From: Polyangia bacterium | GTDB taxonomy: Bacteria > Myxococcota_A > Polyangia > Fen-1088 | Reading direction: 5' to 3' | DNA: 64,000 nucleotides | Assembly (NCBI GenBank): GCA_035578045.1 | Contig: DATJWP010000104.1 | Coordinates: 283 to 64,282, forward strand | In this document: in pieces, positions 1-10,173 of the stretch | How positions within the stretch are numbered: position 1 is the stretch's first letter | How the letters are laid out: each line of letters begins with the position of its first letter | Program-made: the position numbers and the translations under genes | Notes under the pieces: generated by a model | What the model was told of the DNA's origin: nothing | What the model saw: the letters and a program-made list of their open reading frames with translations, nothing else | Databases searched by the model: none

Positions 1-1111
1 TGGCGCCGATGCGGACACCGTCGGTGAAGCAGACCGAGGCCGGGCCGTCCCAGGGCTCCATCAGGCAGCCGTGGAACTCGTAGAAGTCCTTGCGCTCGCG
101 CGACATGGACTCGTGGTTCGACCACGGCTCCGGGATCATCATCATCATCGCGTGCGGCAGCGACCGCCCCGACAGGACCAGCAGCTCGAGCACGTTGTCG
201 AACATGCCGGAGTCGCTGCCATCGGTGTCGACGACCGGGATGCACTTCTTCAGGTCGTCCCCGAACAGCTTGGAGGCGAACATGCTCTCGCGCGCGTGCA
301 TCCAGTTGACGTTGCCGCGCAGCGTGTTGATCTCGCCGTTGTGGGCCACCATCCGGTAGGGATGCGACCGCGCCCAGTTGGGGAAGGTGTTGGTCGAGAA
401 GCGGGAGTGGACCAGCGCCAGCGCCGACTCGACCCGCTGATCCTGCAGGTCCAGGTAGAACGCGGTCAGCTGATCGCAGTTCAGCATCCCCTTGTAGACG
501 ATCGTGCGCGACGAGAGGCTGGCGATGTAGAAGCGGGCCTTCTCGGGGATGTCCAGCTTGCGGACCGCGTGACGCACGCGCCGGCGAATCACGTACAGCT
601 TTCGTTCGAACGCGTCGTCGTCGGCGATCGACGGGTCGCGCCCGATGAAGAGCTGCTTCATGACCGGCTGCGAGCGGCGGGCGGTCGGTCCCAGCATCCG
701 GGGCTCGACCGGCACCTCGCGCCAGCCGAGGAAGCGCTGCCCCTCCTCGCGAACCACCTGTTCGCACAGGTGCTCGCAGGCGGCGCGGTTGCCGGGCTCG
801 TTGGGCAGGAACACCATCCCGACGCCGTACTGGCCGGCCGCCGGCAGCTCGATGTGTCCGGTCCCCGCCGCGCAGGCGGCCACCAGGAACTTGTGGGGGA
901 TCTGGATGAGGATCCCGGCGCCGTCGCCCGTGTTCTTCTCGGCGCCGCACGCACCGCGGTGTTCCAGGTTCAGGAGAATCTGGACGCCGTCACGAACGAT
1001 CTGATGGGACTTTCGCCCCTTGAGGTCGACGACGAAGCCAACCCCGCAGGAATCGTGTTCGTGCGCGGGGTCATACAATCCTTGACGCGACGGGCCGAGA
1101 TGGTCTTTCAT
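1..1111 (-). CDS. gltB: glutamate synthase large subunit, N-terminal part (start in window, 3' part runs off the left edge)
   Basis: Minus-strand translation from ATG 1111..1109 reads [78 protein letters not shown]. This is the class-II amidotransferase N-terminus of GltB. It is absent from the ORF track because no stop lies in the window. Confidence 0.9.
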   Translation of the reverse strand, partial: MKDHLGPSRQGLYDPAHEHDSCGVGFVVDLKGRKSHQIVRDGVQILLNLEHRGACGAEKNTGDGAGILIQIPHKFLVAACAAGTGHIELPAAGQYGVGMVFLPNEPGNRAACEHLCEQVVREEGQRFLGWREVPVEPRMLGPTARRSQPVMKQLFIGRDPSIADDDAFERKLYVIRRRVRHAVRKLDIPEKARFYIASLSSRTIVYKGMLNCDQLTAFYLDLQDQRVESALALVHSRFSTNTFPNWARSHPYRMVAHNGEINTLRGNVNWMHARESMFASKLFGDDLKKCIPVVDTDGSDSGMFDNVLELLVLSGRSLPHAMMMMIPEPWSNHESMSRERKDFYEFHGCLMEPWDGPASVCFTDGVRIGA

Positions 1112-1254
1112 GTCCACTATTTCCAGGAATAACGCCCAGCGGCTGACTGTAGCACGTTGTGCGACCTCGACCGCACCGAGAAAACGCAGGACCGTGACGG
1201 ACCGGGGCCTCGCGGCGCACTAGCCCGGGCATCGAACGGTCGATCAAATCCAGG

Positions 1255-2847
1255 ATGACCGCCCTGGCCCTGCTGGGGACTGGCTGCTTGCCCCGGGGCG
1301 CTCCGCCGGCCGGGCAGCAGATCATCGCCGATCGACAGGCGTCGCTGGTCGGCATGGTTCCCCCCGATGGCGACGGCATGCTGCGCCTCCTGGTCACCCA
1401 CCCTGGCGCGGAGGTCGGCGCGCTGGACCTGTACGTCGCCGCGGTGGGTGCGTCGGGCGGGCCCCCGACAGAGACCCTGCTGGTGCCCGACTACGACATC
1501 GTCGATGGCCTGGGCTGCAACTACAAGGTCGCGCCCTGCAGCTCGGTTCTGGCGCGAAGCCTCTGGGCTCACCAGACGACCGGCGCGTTTGTCTGGGTCA
1601 ACCCGGTCACCGGATATCGGTTGGATCTGCCGCAGTACCCCATGCTCATGTCGCCCAGCGGCGAGCGCATCTTCAACTTCGATTCGGGACTGGGGACGCA
1701 GGCGGGCTCGGGAAGGCTGGACGACGCCGACGGGACGTCGATCGCGCTGGACGACGTCGCCTACCCGGTCTTCAGCGCCGGCGACGACTTTTACTACTCG
1801 ACGCAGGAAGGCGACCTGATGCGCATCCCTCTGTCCGGCGCGGCGGAGAAGGTCACCACCGGACTCGTGGCCAGTTCCCCCGGCGCCAGCCAGGTTGCCG
1901 TCCCGGGGCTGTACAGCCTCGCGCCGTTCGCGGTCGTGCCGACGCCGGATGGAATGCTGCTGTTCCTGAGAAGGGCCACGTCCGCTTCCGCCGCCTCGCA
2001 GCTGTTCGTTCGCGATCCGCTGAGCGGGGCGGAGACAGCTCTGCCGTTCGACGCACCCGGCGTTCCGCTGGTCTCGACCGATGGGCGCTGGCTGGTCGAC
2101 GCCTCGGAAGGTTCCGGTGGTCGGCTCACGTTCTTTGATTACCGCGCCAACGACACGGAGGTCGTCGACTTTGGAGTGCCGGTGTTCTCTGGGGAGTGGA
2201 GGCCACAACACAGCGACTTCTGGGCCGCGTCGCGGACCTGGAACGCGGACGCCACCGTCGAGACGGTCATCCAGTGGATCCTGAGCCCCACGGCAGCGCC
2301 GATCATGGTCCCGAACCTGGACACCGCCGTCCCCACGTTCACGCCCGACGGCAGCTACTGGCTCTCCACGCCCGACTTCGACATGACCAAGTCTCGAGTT
2401 CAGGTCGGGCCGGCCGACGATCCCAACGGACCCAAGTTCCAGCTGAACCCGGCGAACACCTCGGCCGACCCCATCTGGATCCTCGACGACGACCGCCTGG
2501 TGGCATCGGTCTATACCAAGGATACCGACATCGAGGCGCGCACTGACGCCATCGTGCTGGACCCGCGCACCGGTGACAGCCTCGTGCTGGGCGAGCGGGG
2601 CTGGCTCGCCGCCGTGGGACAGACGCGCGTCCTGGGGCTGTTCCACTCCGACGAGATGCGCGGCGATCTGACCGTCAGCGAGATCGACACCGGCCGCCAG
2701 ACGGTCCTGGCGCCCGAGTTCGCGGTGACCGCCTTCGCCGAACCGCAAGGCGCCGATCAGCTCGCCCCCGGCACGCGGATCGCTTACCAGTTCCAGGCGC
2801 GGACCGACTCCCCCTACGACGGCATCTGGGTCGCGACTTGCCCATGA
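1255..2847 (+). CDS. putative lipoprotein with PD40/TolB-like PDG(R/S)(W/Y) motifs, tandem paralog 1
   Basis: 530-aa ORF. The N-terminus MTALALLGTGC has a lipobox-like Cys. Motifs VSTDGRWLV and FTPDGSYWL are present. The C-terminal block VLAPEFAVTAFAEPQGADQLAPGTRIAYQFQARTDSPYDGIWVATCP is shared with the next three ORFs. The start is uncertain because the signal peptide is very short. Confidence 0.7.
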   Translation: MTALALLGTGCLPRGAPPAGQQIIADRQASLVGMVPPDGDGMLRLLVTHPGAEVGALDLYVAAVGASGGPPTETLLVPDYDIVDGLGCNYKVAPCSSVLARSLWAHQTTGAFVWVNPVTGYRLDLPQYPMLMSPSGERIFNFDSGLGTQAGSGRLDDADGTSIALDDVAYPVFSAGDDFYYSTQEGDLMRIPLSGAAEKVTTGLVASSPGASQVAVPGLYSLAPFAVVPTPDGMLLFLRRATSASAASQLFVRDPLSGAETALPFDAPGVPLVSTDGRWLVDASEGSGGRLTFFDYRANDTEVVDFGVPVFSGEWRPQHSDFWAASRTWNADATVETVIQWILSPTAAPIMVPNLDTAVPTFTPDGSYWLSTPDFDMTKSRVQVGPADDPNGPKFQLNPANTSADPIWILDDDRLVASVYTKDTDIEARTDAIVLDPRTGDSLVLGERGWLAAVGQTRVLGLFHSDEMRGDLTVSEIDTGRQTVLAPEFAVTAFAEPQGADQLAPGTRIAYQFQARTDSPYDGIWVATCP

Positions 2848-4451
2848 AAGACGGTCGCGTCGTGATCGGCGTGCTGCTGGCGCTCCCGGCGGCTTGCGTG
2901 CCGCGCGGCGACCCACCCGCGGGACGCCAGATCCTGGCCGATCGACAGGCCGGCCTGATCGGGCTTCTCCCTCCGACGGGGGACGGCGTGCTGCGGGCGT
3001 TCGTGGCGCGCACCACCGGGCAAGGGCCGGAGGGTCCGGTCGGCGATCTGTTCGAGCTCTCGCTGGATTCGACCGGAGACCCGGCCACCGAGAAGCTTCT
3101 GGCGCCCGACATCCAGCTGGCGGAGAGCCTCGGGTGCACCTTCAATGTCGCGCCCTGCAACGGGATCGACCCCCGGGGCGTGACGGTCTTCCCGGGCGCG
3201 GGCCCGCTGGAGCGAGTCGACGCCCTCACTGGTGCCGTGCAGACGTTCTCGGGCTACCCGACGTTTTCGCAGAGCAAGCAGCGCTTCTTCTTCGGCGATC
3301 AGCAAGGCGTCGCGCTGACCGACGTGAGCGGGCAGACGACGGTCCTGTCGGACGCCTCGACCGCGACGGCGCGCTTCGTCGGAGACGACTTCTTCTACGT
3401 GACCCCTCAGGGAGACCTGATGGACGTCCCCCTGTCTGACGTTCCGACGCAAATGGCAACCGGGCTCGTGGACTGCCGGAATGCGCAGTACCAGAACCAG
3501 CCGTGCACGTCGTTCTGGGGGCAAGCCACGCCGGACGGGATCGCCCTGGTGTTGCACAAACAAACGCCGAACCCGAACGACCAGGGGTGGTCCGTTCGCG
3601 ACCCGGTCACGGGCCTCGAGACCTGGTTGCCCTTCGACGCCAGCTACGCGCAGCTCTCGCCGGACGGACGTTGGCTTCTGGAAGAGCAAGCCAGCGCCGA
3701 TGACCCCCTGACTTTTTTCGACTACCGCGACGGCGTCCAACAGGACTTCGACGTTCCCTACCAAGAGTTCTCGATCCCGGTCTGGCGCCCGGGGACCGCC
3801 GAGCTGTGGATGAGCGTCGGGCTTGGTTCCGACACGGCAGCGATCTGGATCGTCGAGCCGGGCAAGCCGGCCATTTCCATCTCGGGGTCGGGCCTCCAGT
3901 GGGCCGGAGCTCTGGACGCGTCCGAGAGAATCACGCCCTTCACGCCCGACGGAGTCTACTGGTTTTCGTCGGCCAACACGCCCGACACATCCATGCCGGT
4001 CACCCAGATCGGCCTGGCCGACGATCCTTCGGGTCCTCGATTCGATCTCGACACGCCGAATACGTACCTCGAGCCGGTGCGCGACTTTGCGAACGGGCGT
4101 GTGCTGGACGCCGTCTACACCAAGCCCGACGACGCAGAGACGCGTGAAGACGTGTCGGTGTTCGACCCGCGCACGGGGGCGAGCTGGTTGGTCGGCGAAC
4201 GCGGGCGCATCGCGGCCGTCGGGCAGACCCGCGTGATGGGGATGTTCCACTGGGACGAGATGCGCGGCGACCTGACCGTCGCCGACCCCGCCACCGCCCA
4301 GGCAATCGTCCTGGCGCCCGAGTTCACGGTGACCGCGTTCGCCGAACCGCAAGGCGCCGATCAGCTCGCCCCCGGCACGCGGATCGTCTACCAGTTCCAG
4401 GCGCGGACCGACTCGCCCTACGACGGCATCTGGGTGGCGAATTGCCCATGA
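2838..4451 (+). CDS. putative lipoprotein, tandem paralog 2
   Basis: 537 aa. Lipoprotein signal MPMKDGRVVIGVLLALPAAC. Motifs LSPDGRWLL and FTPDGVYWF, with the same conserved N-terminal (C.PRG.PP.G.QI.ADR) and C-terminal blocks as the neighbours. Overlaps the upstream stop by 10 nt. Confidence 0.8.
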   Translation: MPMKDGRVVIGVLLALPAACVPRGDPPAGRQILADRQAGLIGLLPPTGDGVLRAFVARTTGQGPEGPVGDLFELSLDSTGDPATEKLLAPDIQLAESLGCTFNVAPCNGIDPRGVTVFPGAGPLERVDALTGAVQTFSGYPTFSQSKQRFFFGDQQGVALTDVSGQTTVLSDASTATARFVGDDFFYVTPQGDLMDVPLSDVPTQMATGLVDCRNAQYQNQPCTSFWGQATPDGIALVLHKQTPNPNDQGWSVRDPVTGLETWLPFDASYAQLSPDGRWLLEEQASADDPLTFFDYRDGVQQDFDVPYQEFSIPVWRPGTAELWMSVGLGSDTAAIWIVEPGKPAISISGSGLQWAGALDASERITPFTPDGVYWFSSANTPDTSMPVTQIGLADDPSGPRFDLDTPNTYLEPVRDFANGRVLDAVYTKPDDAETREDVSVFDPRTGASWLVGERGRIAAVGQTRVMGMFHWDEMRGDLTVADPATAQAIVLAPEFTVTAFAEPQGADQLAPGTRIVYQFQARTDSPYDGIWVANCP

Positions 4452-6061
4452 AAAACGCTCGCACGACGATGGCCGCGCTGGTGGCCCTCACGTCGGGTTG
4501 CCTGCCGCGCGGCGAGCCACCCGAGGGGCGCCAGATCGTGGCAGATCGCACGGCGACCCTGGTCGGGCTTCTGCCGCCGACCGGCGACGGCGTGCTGCGC
4601 GCCTTCTTCACGCGCCCCATCGCGCAAAACGCGGAGGGCCCGGAGGGGGATCTGTTCGAGGTCTCGGTGGAGCCAACCGGCGGCCCACCCGTGGAGAGGC
4701 TCCTGGTCCCCAGCGTCGACGCGACGCTGGGGCTCGGCTGCGGCTTCGACGTCTCGCCGTGCCGCGGGATCGACGCCGGGGGCGTGACTGTTTCCACCGA
4801 GTCTGACGGGTATGACGTCGGAGACGTGCGAGCTGACGCCATCACCGGCGACTTGGTCCAGCTCATGGGGCTCCAGCTGCTCCTTTCGCAGGATCGCCGG
4901 CGGTTCTCTCTCAGCAATCCGTCGTCGCAACCACCCGCCGTCACGCTGTACGACGTCGATGGGCAGACAACCATGCTGGACGACGCTTCCCCTGCCCAGT
5001 TCATCGCAAACGATTTCTTCTACTTCACCTCGGAAGGAGTCCTGATGGACGTTCCGCCCTCCGGCGTTCCCCAGCAGGTGGCAACCGGGCTCGACCCCTG
5101 CACGACCCCCAGCACGGTCCCGGGGCAGCTGTGCCAGCAGTTCTGGGGTCAGGCGACGCCAGACGGGATCGCGCTGGTCCTGCACATGGCGACACCGGGA
5201 CCGAACGGCGAGCTCTGGGCCGTTCGCGATCCGATCACCGGCACGCAGAGCTGGTTGCCGTTCGACGCCAGCCTGGCGGGACTCTCGCCGGATGGGCGCT
5301 GGTTCCTGACCGCCGAGAGCAGCGGCGGAAGCAACGCCGAGTACACCCTGTTCGACTACCGCGCCGGCCTTCAACAGACGGCCGATCTCCCGGTACCTCT
5401 GAACACGCTCCCGGGCGCTTTCGCGCTGGTGTTCACGGCGCACTGGCGCCCCGGAACCGATCAGGTCTGGGTCAGGAGCGGCACCGACACGGTGATCCTC
5501 GAGCCGAACAAGCCCCCGGCGTCGATTCCGGGGCGAGCCGTGGGCGGTTTCACCCCTGACGGCGCCTTCTGGTACTCGACGTCGACTCTCAGCCAAGCGG
5601 ATTCGCTGGTGGAGCAGGTCGGCTCGGCCGACAATCCCTCCGGGCCCCGGTTCGACCTCAACACGCCGGGCGAGGACATCGACCCGGTCAGCCAGTTCGC
5701 GGACGGGACCTTGCTGGTGCCCGTGTACACCGACATCAGCGACGAGCAGACGCGCGGCGACGTGTCGGTGCTCGACCCGCGAACCGGCGCCAGCCGCTTG
5801 CTGGGACAGCGCGGGCGCATCGCGGCCGTCGGGCAGACCCGCGTGATGGGGATGTTCCACTGGGACGAGATGCGCGGCGACCTGACCGTCGCCGACCCCG
5901 CCACCGCCCAGGCGACGGTCCTGGCGCCCGAGTTCACGGTGACCGCGTTCGCCGAACCGCAGGGCGCCGATCAGCTCGCGCCCGGCACGCGGATCGTTTA
6001 CCAGTTCCAGGCGCGGACCGACTCGCCCTACGACGGCATCTGGATGGCGACCGCGCCATGA
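4442..6061 (+). CDS. putative lipoprotein, tandem paralog 3
   Basis: 539 aa. Lipoprotein signal MPMKNARTTMAALVALTSGC. Motifs LSPDGRWFL and FTPDGAFWY. The C-terminal roughly 85 aa are nearly identical to paralog 2. Overlaps the upstream stop by 10 nt. Confidence 0.8.
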   Translation: MPMKNARTTMAALVALTSGCLPRGEPPEGRQIVADRTATLVGLLPPTGDGVLRAFFTRPIAQNAEGPEGDLFEVSVEPTGGPPVERLLVPSVDATLGLGCGFDVSPCRGIDAGGVTVSTESDGYDVGDVRADAITGDLVQLMGLQLLLSQDRRRFSLSNPSSQPPAVTLYDVDGQTTMLDDASPAQFIANDFFYFTSEGVLMDVPPSGVPQQVATGLDPCTTPSTVPGQLCQQFWGQATPDGIALVLHMATPGPNGELWAVRDPITGTQSWLPFDASLAGLSPDGRWFLTAESSGGSNAEYTLFDYRAGLQQTADLPVPLNTLPGAFALVFTAHWRPGTDQVWVRSGTDTVILEPNKPPASIPGRAVGGFTPDGAFWYSTSTLSQADSLVEQVGSADNPSGPRFDLNTPGEDIDPVSQFADGTLLVPVYTDISDEQTRGDVSVLDPRTGASRLLGQRGRIAAVGQTRVMGMFHWDEMRGDLTVADPATAQATVLAPEFTVTAFAEPQGADQLAPGTRIVYQFQARTDSPYDGIWMATAP

Positions 6062-6573
6062 CACCGTCGTTTCTTGACCAGGTGAATGGCCTGGCCGCCA
6101 CTGATCAACCATTCGCCCTCCGCTCATTCTGGGAGTCGCCGCGTAGCACGGCCACCTGGTCGCAGTCGTCGGACGCGGCCGCTCAGAGCATCCAGCCCGT
6201 CTGGAATCTCTCGGGCGATCGATTGCTGGCCGGCATCTACACCAAGCCCGACGACGGTCAGAAGCGCGCCGACGCGATCCTGTTCGACCTTCCGACCGGC
6301 GACAGCCGAGTGCTGGGTGAGCGCGGAAAGGTGGCCGCGGTGGGCCAGCCCCGCATGTTGGGGATCTTCCACTTCGACGGTCAGGACGGGGATTTGACTG
6401 CCGTCGACCTCGACAGCGGAAAGCCGACCGTTCTGGCGCCCGAGTTCGCGGTCACCGGATTCGCCGAGCCGCGAGGCGTGGATCAACTCGCGCCGGGCGG
6501 GCAGGTCGCCTACCAGTTCCAGGCGCGGAGCGAGTCGCCTTACGACGGCATCTGGGTGGTCGACGCCCCGTGA
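6058..6573 (+). CDS. truncated paralog: C-terminal conserved module only, no signal peptide (possible remnant)
   Basis: 171 aa aligning only to the last third of paralogs 1-3 (LLAGIYTKPDDGQKRADAILFD...[47 protein letters not shown]). ATGA overlap with the paralog 3 stop and GTGA overlap with the next gene. Confidence 0.5.
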   Translation: MTPSFLDQVNGLAATDQPFALRSFWESPRSTATWSQSSDAAAQSIQPVWNLSGDRLLAGIYTKPDDGQKRADAILFDLPTGDSRVLGERGKVAAVGQPRMLGIFHFDGQDGDLTAVDLDSGKPTVLAPEFAVTGFAEPRGVDQLAPGGQVAYQFQARSESPYDGIWVVDAP

Positions 6574-8789
6574 CGCCCCTGGCTGCTCTGCTGGCGGCGG
6601 TGCTGGTCATCGACGGGGGCGTCGATGCCGGCGCGCCGGATCGCGACGCCGGGACGGACGCAGGAGACGCGAGCCTGAGCCCGATCGACGCCGGCGCTTC
6701 CCACGTCGAGGTCCCCGAGACCAAACCGCCCGAGCTTCGACTGGCCGCGCCGACCGGTCGCATGGCTGGCCACGTCCTGGCCAAGGGCGGGCGAGAGGTC
6801 GTGCCCGACGCTTCCTTGCTCGTCGACGGTGTCTCGGTCGGCGTGAGCGACGACGGTGGTGATTTCTACTTCGCCCTCGCCTGCGGTCCCAGGACGCTGA
6901 CCGTCCGGGCCGCCGGCTTCGAGGCGATGACCACCACGGTCGACGCCTGCGCGGAGCCGCGGGAGCCGCTCACGCTCCGGCTGGCCCCCACCCCCGGCCG
7001 CGCGCGTCGCGAGACCGTCGTCCGGGCCAAGGCGCCGCAGCCGGTGGTGCGGCTGGTGGGTGAGGAGCTGACGCAGACACCCGGCGCGCTGGGGGACCCG
7101 CTTCGCGTGATCGAATCGCTGCCCGGCGTGGCCGCCGTCGCCTGGCCCGCGCCGGTCTACGCGGTCCGCGGCTCGAACCCCGGCAACACCGGGTTCTTCC
7201 TGGACGGCATCCAGATCCCGGCGCTGTTTCACTTCGCGCTCGGCCCCTCCGTCATCAACCCGTACTTCTTCCACAGCCTGGACTTCTATCCGGGCGGCTA
7301 TCCGGCGCGCTACGGGCGCTACGTGGGTGGAATCGCCACCGCCGAGACCCAGGCTCCGTCGCTGGACCAGACGCACATGTCCGTCGACGTTCGCCTGTAC
7401 GACGCGGGGGCGATGGTCTCCGCGCCCATCGCCGGCGGAGCGGTCGCCGTGGCCGCCCGATACTCGTTCACGGGCGAGCTGGTGACGGCGCTGCGCGAGG
7501 ACATCCGGCTGCAGTACTGGGACTACCAGCTGCGCGCCGATCGGCGCTTCGGACCGCTGCAGGTCACGTTGCTGGCGTTCGGCTCGGGCGACTCGTTCTC
7601 GCCCAACAAGACCGACGACCAGAACGAGGTGGACCTGGACTTCCATCGCGTGGGACTGCGGGCCTCCCTGCCCGCCGCGGGCGGCCTGCTGCAGGGCTCG
7701 GTGGTGCTCGGCAGCGATCACACCCGCGCGCCCATCGAGAGCACCTACCCGATCACCGTCGACGCCGTCAGCCTGGCGCCGCGCCTGTCGTACCAGCGCT
7801 CCGCCGGGCCGGTGACCATGGTGATCGGCTTCGACGGCCAGCTCGCGCGGTACACGCCCACCGTCGTGGGGATCGCGGTGCCGCCAGGGCCCTGGGACAT
7901 CGCCATCCCGCGAGACGCCCGCATGATGGCCGGCTACGCCTCGGCGACGGTGGCGGCGGGCCGCCTCACGCTGACCCCCGAGATCCGGCTCGACACCTAC
8001 GAAGAGAACGGCACCTACGCCCAGGAGCTGGGCCCGCGGCTGACCCTGGGGCTCGCGCTGAACGACGAGACGTCGTTGCAGGCCAGCGGCGGCCGCTTCA
8101 CGCAGCTCCCCAGCCTGCCGCTTCAGATCCCGGGTGTCGAGGCCTTCGGGCTGAAGCTGCTGGGGTTGCAGACCTCGTGGCAGGGATCGGTCGGCGTCGA
8201 GACCAGCCACTTCGCCGCGGCGAAAGTGAGGGTGACGGGGTTCGTCCAGAAGTACGTCCTGACCGATCTCAGAAGCCCGTCGGCGAGCGACCTCGATCCC
8301 CTGGACAGCGAGTTCCTGGCCAGCCGCCCGGCGCTGTCCTACGGCGTCGAGCTGCTGGCGCGCCGCGCGCTGACGGAGCGGCTGCACGGCTGGCTGTCGT
8401 ACACGCTGTCCAACAGCATCCGATCCTACGGCGGCGGCGCGGTCGGCCCGTCGGACTGGGACCAGCGGCACATCGTGAACCTGGTGCTCGGTTACCGCGT
8501 CCGCCGCTACACCCTGGGAGCGCGGTTTCACTTCAACACCGGCCGCCCATTCTTTCTCCAGGACCCCAACGCCGACACGTACCAGCGGCTGCCCAGCTAC
8601 TACCAGCTGGACCTGCGCGTCGACCGCCCCGTCGTCTACGACAAGTTCACGCTGAACCTCTACGCCGAGCTGGTGAACGCGACCTTGACCTCCGAGGTTT
8701 TCAGCATCGACCAGCCGAGCGCGGGCGTGCTGCAGCCCAAGAGCTACCGGATCGTTCTGCCGTCGATCGGCGCCCGCGCCGAGTTTTAG
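6570..8789 (+). CDS. TonB-dependent receptor-like outer-membrane beta-barrel with an N-terminal carboxypeptidase-regulatory-like domain
   Basis: 739 aa. Plug-like segment [17 protein letters not shown]...[24 protein letters not shown], followed by a long beta-rich region and a C-terminal aromatic residue (ARAEF). The GTG start overlaps the upstream stop. Confidence 0.85.
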   Translation: MTPLAALLAAVLVIDGGVDAGAPDRDAGTDAGDASLSPIDAGASHVEVPETKPPELRLAAPTGRMAGHVLAKGGREVVPDASLLVDGVSVGVSDDGGDFYFALACGPRTLTVRAAGFEAMTTTVDACAEPREPLTLRLAPTPGRARRETVVRAKAPQPVVRLVGEELTQTPGALGDPLRVIESLPGVAAVAWPAPVYAVRGSNPGNTGFFLDGIQIPALFHFALGPSVINPYFFHSLDFYPGGYPARYGRYVGGIATAETQAPSLDQTHMSVDVRLYDAGAMVSAPIAGGAVAVAARYSFTGELVTALREDIRLQYWDYQLRADRRFGPLQVTLLAFGSGDSFSPNKTDDQNEVDLDFHRVGLRASLPAAGGLLQGSVVLGSDHTRAPIESTYPITVDAVSLAPRLSYQRSAGPVTMVIGFDGQLARYTPTVVGIAVPPGPWDIAIPRDARMMAGYASATVAAGRLTLTPEIRLDTYEENGTYAQELGPRLTLGLALNDETSLQASGGRFTQLPSLPLQIPGVEAFGLKLLGLQTSWQGSVGVETSHFAAAKVRVTGFVQKYVLTDLRSPSASDLDPLDSEFLASRPALSYGVELLARRALTERLHGWLSYTLSNSIRSYGGGAVGPSDWDQRHIVNLVLGYRVRRYTLGARFHFNTGRPFFLQDPNADTYQRLPSYYQLDLRVDRPVVYDKFTLNLYAELVNATLTSEVFSIDQPSAGVLQPKSYRIVLPSIGARAEF

Positions 8790-10111
8790 TCCAGACGGCG
8801 CCTGACCTCGTCGCGGACGGCCAGGTAGTCGTTGGGCAGATACACGGGGTGGTTCGCGTGCTTGGGGTGCGGCACGTCGGGGAGCGTCCCCTCGTGGTAG
8901 CGGACCTTGAAGTCGGTGAACTTCAAGCCGTTGGCCGTGCTGACCACGACCACCCGGTCCGACGACGTGACGTCGCGCCGGGCCACCAGCTTCTCCAGCG
9001 CGGCCAGCGCCACGCCGGTGTGCGGGCAGTTGAACAGGCCGGTGAGGTCGGCGCGCGCGGCGGCGTCGGCCAGCTCGGCCTCGGTCGCGTCCTCGACCAC
9101 CCCCTCGAACTTCTGCAGGGTGCGGATCGCCTTCTTCACGCTGACCGGGTTGCCGATCTGGATGGCCGACGCCAGCGTCGGCTGCGCCACCACCGCCTGG
9201 AACCTCTCCCAGCCCGACTTGTAAGCGCGGTAGAGCGGGTTGGCCGCCGCCGCCTGGGCCACGCAGATCCGCGGCAGCTTCTGGATCAGCCCCAGCTCCC
9301 GCATCATCGTGAAGCCGGCGCCCAGCGCGCTGACGTTCCCCAGGTTTCCGCCCGGGATGATGACCCAGTCCGGGACCTCCCAGTCGAACTGCTGGACCAT
9401 CTCGATCGAGACGGTCTTCTGCCCCTCGATGCGCAGACTGTTCATGCTGTTGGCCAGGTAGACGCCCTCTTCCTCGGCCAGGCGCTTGACGATGGCCATG
9501 CAGGCGTCGAAGTCGCCGTCGACGGCCAGCACGGTGGCCCCGTTGGCCAGCGGCTGGACCAGCTGGGCCGTCGAGACCTTGCCGCGCGGCAGGATGACCA
9601 TCGCGCGGATGCCGGCGGCGGCGGCATAGGCGGCCAGCGCCGCCGAGGTGTCGCCCGTCGACGCGCAGGCCACCGCGCGCAGCGGCTTGCCGTCGGCGAT
9701 CATCTGCTTGACCGTCGAGACCAGCACGGTCATCCCGAGGTCCTTGAAAGATCCGGTGTGCGACACGCCGCATTGCTTGACCCACAGGTCCGTCAGGCCC
9801 AGCTCGCGGCCGTACCGCTCGGCCCACAGGAGGTTGGTCCCCCCTTCCAGCATCGAGACCACGTTCTCGTCACGAACGTGCGGCTGCACCCACTCCTTCT
9901 TGCCCCAGACCCCCGAGCCGTAAGGCCAGGTGTTCCGCAGGTAGCGGTCGTCGAACAGCTTCATCCAGGCGGCCGCGCTGCGGCTCTTCAGCGCCTCCAG
10001 GTCGTGGACGACCTCCAGCAGGTCGCCGCACTTGGGGCACTTGTAGATGATCTCGTCGAGGGCGTGATCGCCGGCGCACCCCGAGATGCACCGGAACGTG
10101 GAGCGGGACAT
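8786..10111 (-). CDS. thrC: threonine synthase
   Basis: Translation from the internal ATG at 10111 reads [41 protein letters not shown]...[16 protein letters not shown], a PLP-dependent threonine synthase. The track ORF start at 10285 lies in a repeat-rich spacer and looks spurious. Confidence 0.9.
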   Translation of the reverse strand: MSRSTFRCISGCAGDHALDEIIYKCPKCGDLLEVVHDLEALKSRSAAAWMKLFDDRYLRNTWPYGSGVWGKKEWVQPHVRDENVVSMLEGGTNLLWAERYGRELGLTDLWVKQCGVSHTGSFKDLGMTVLVSTVKQMIADGKPLRAVACASTGDTSAALAAYAAAAGIRAMVILPRGKVSTAQLVQPLANGATVLAVDGDFDACMAIVKRLAEEEGVYLANSMNSLRIEGQKTVSIEMVQQFDWEVPDWVIIPGGNLGNVSALGAGFTMMRELGLIQKLPRICVAQAAAANPLYRAYKSGWERFQAVVAQPTLASAIQIGNPVSVKKAIRTLQKFEGVVEDATEAELADAAARADLTGLFNCPHTGVALAALEKLVARRDVTSSDRVVVVSTANGLKFTDFKVRYHEGTLPDVPHPKHANHPVYLPNDYLAVRDEVRRRLD

Positions 10112-10173
10112 ACGCTTCAATTTAGCGCATTTCCGCCGCCAGCCCCGCGTGACGGTTTGGCCCCAGGATCGGG

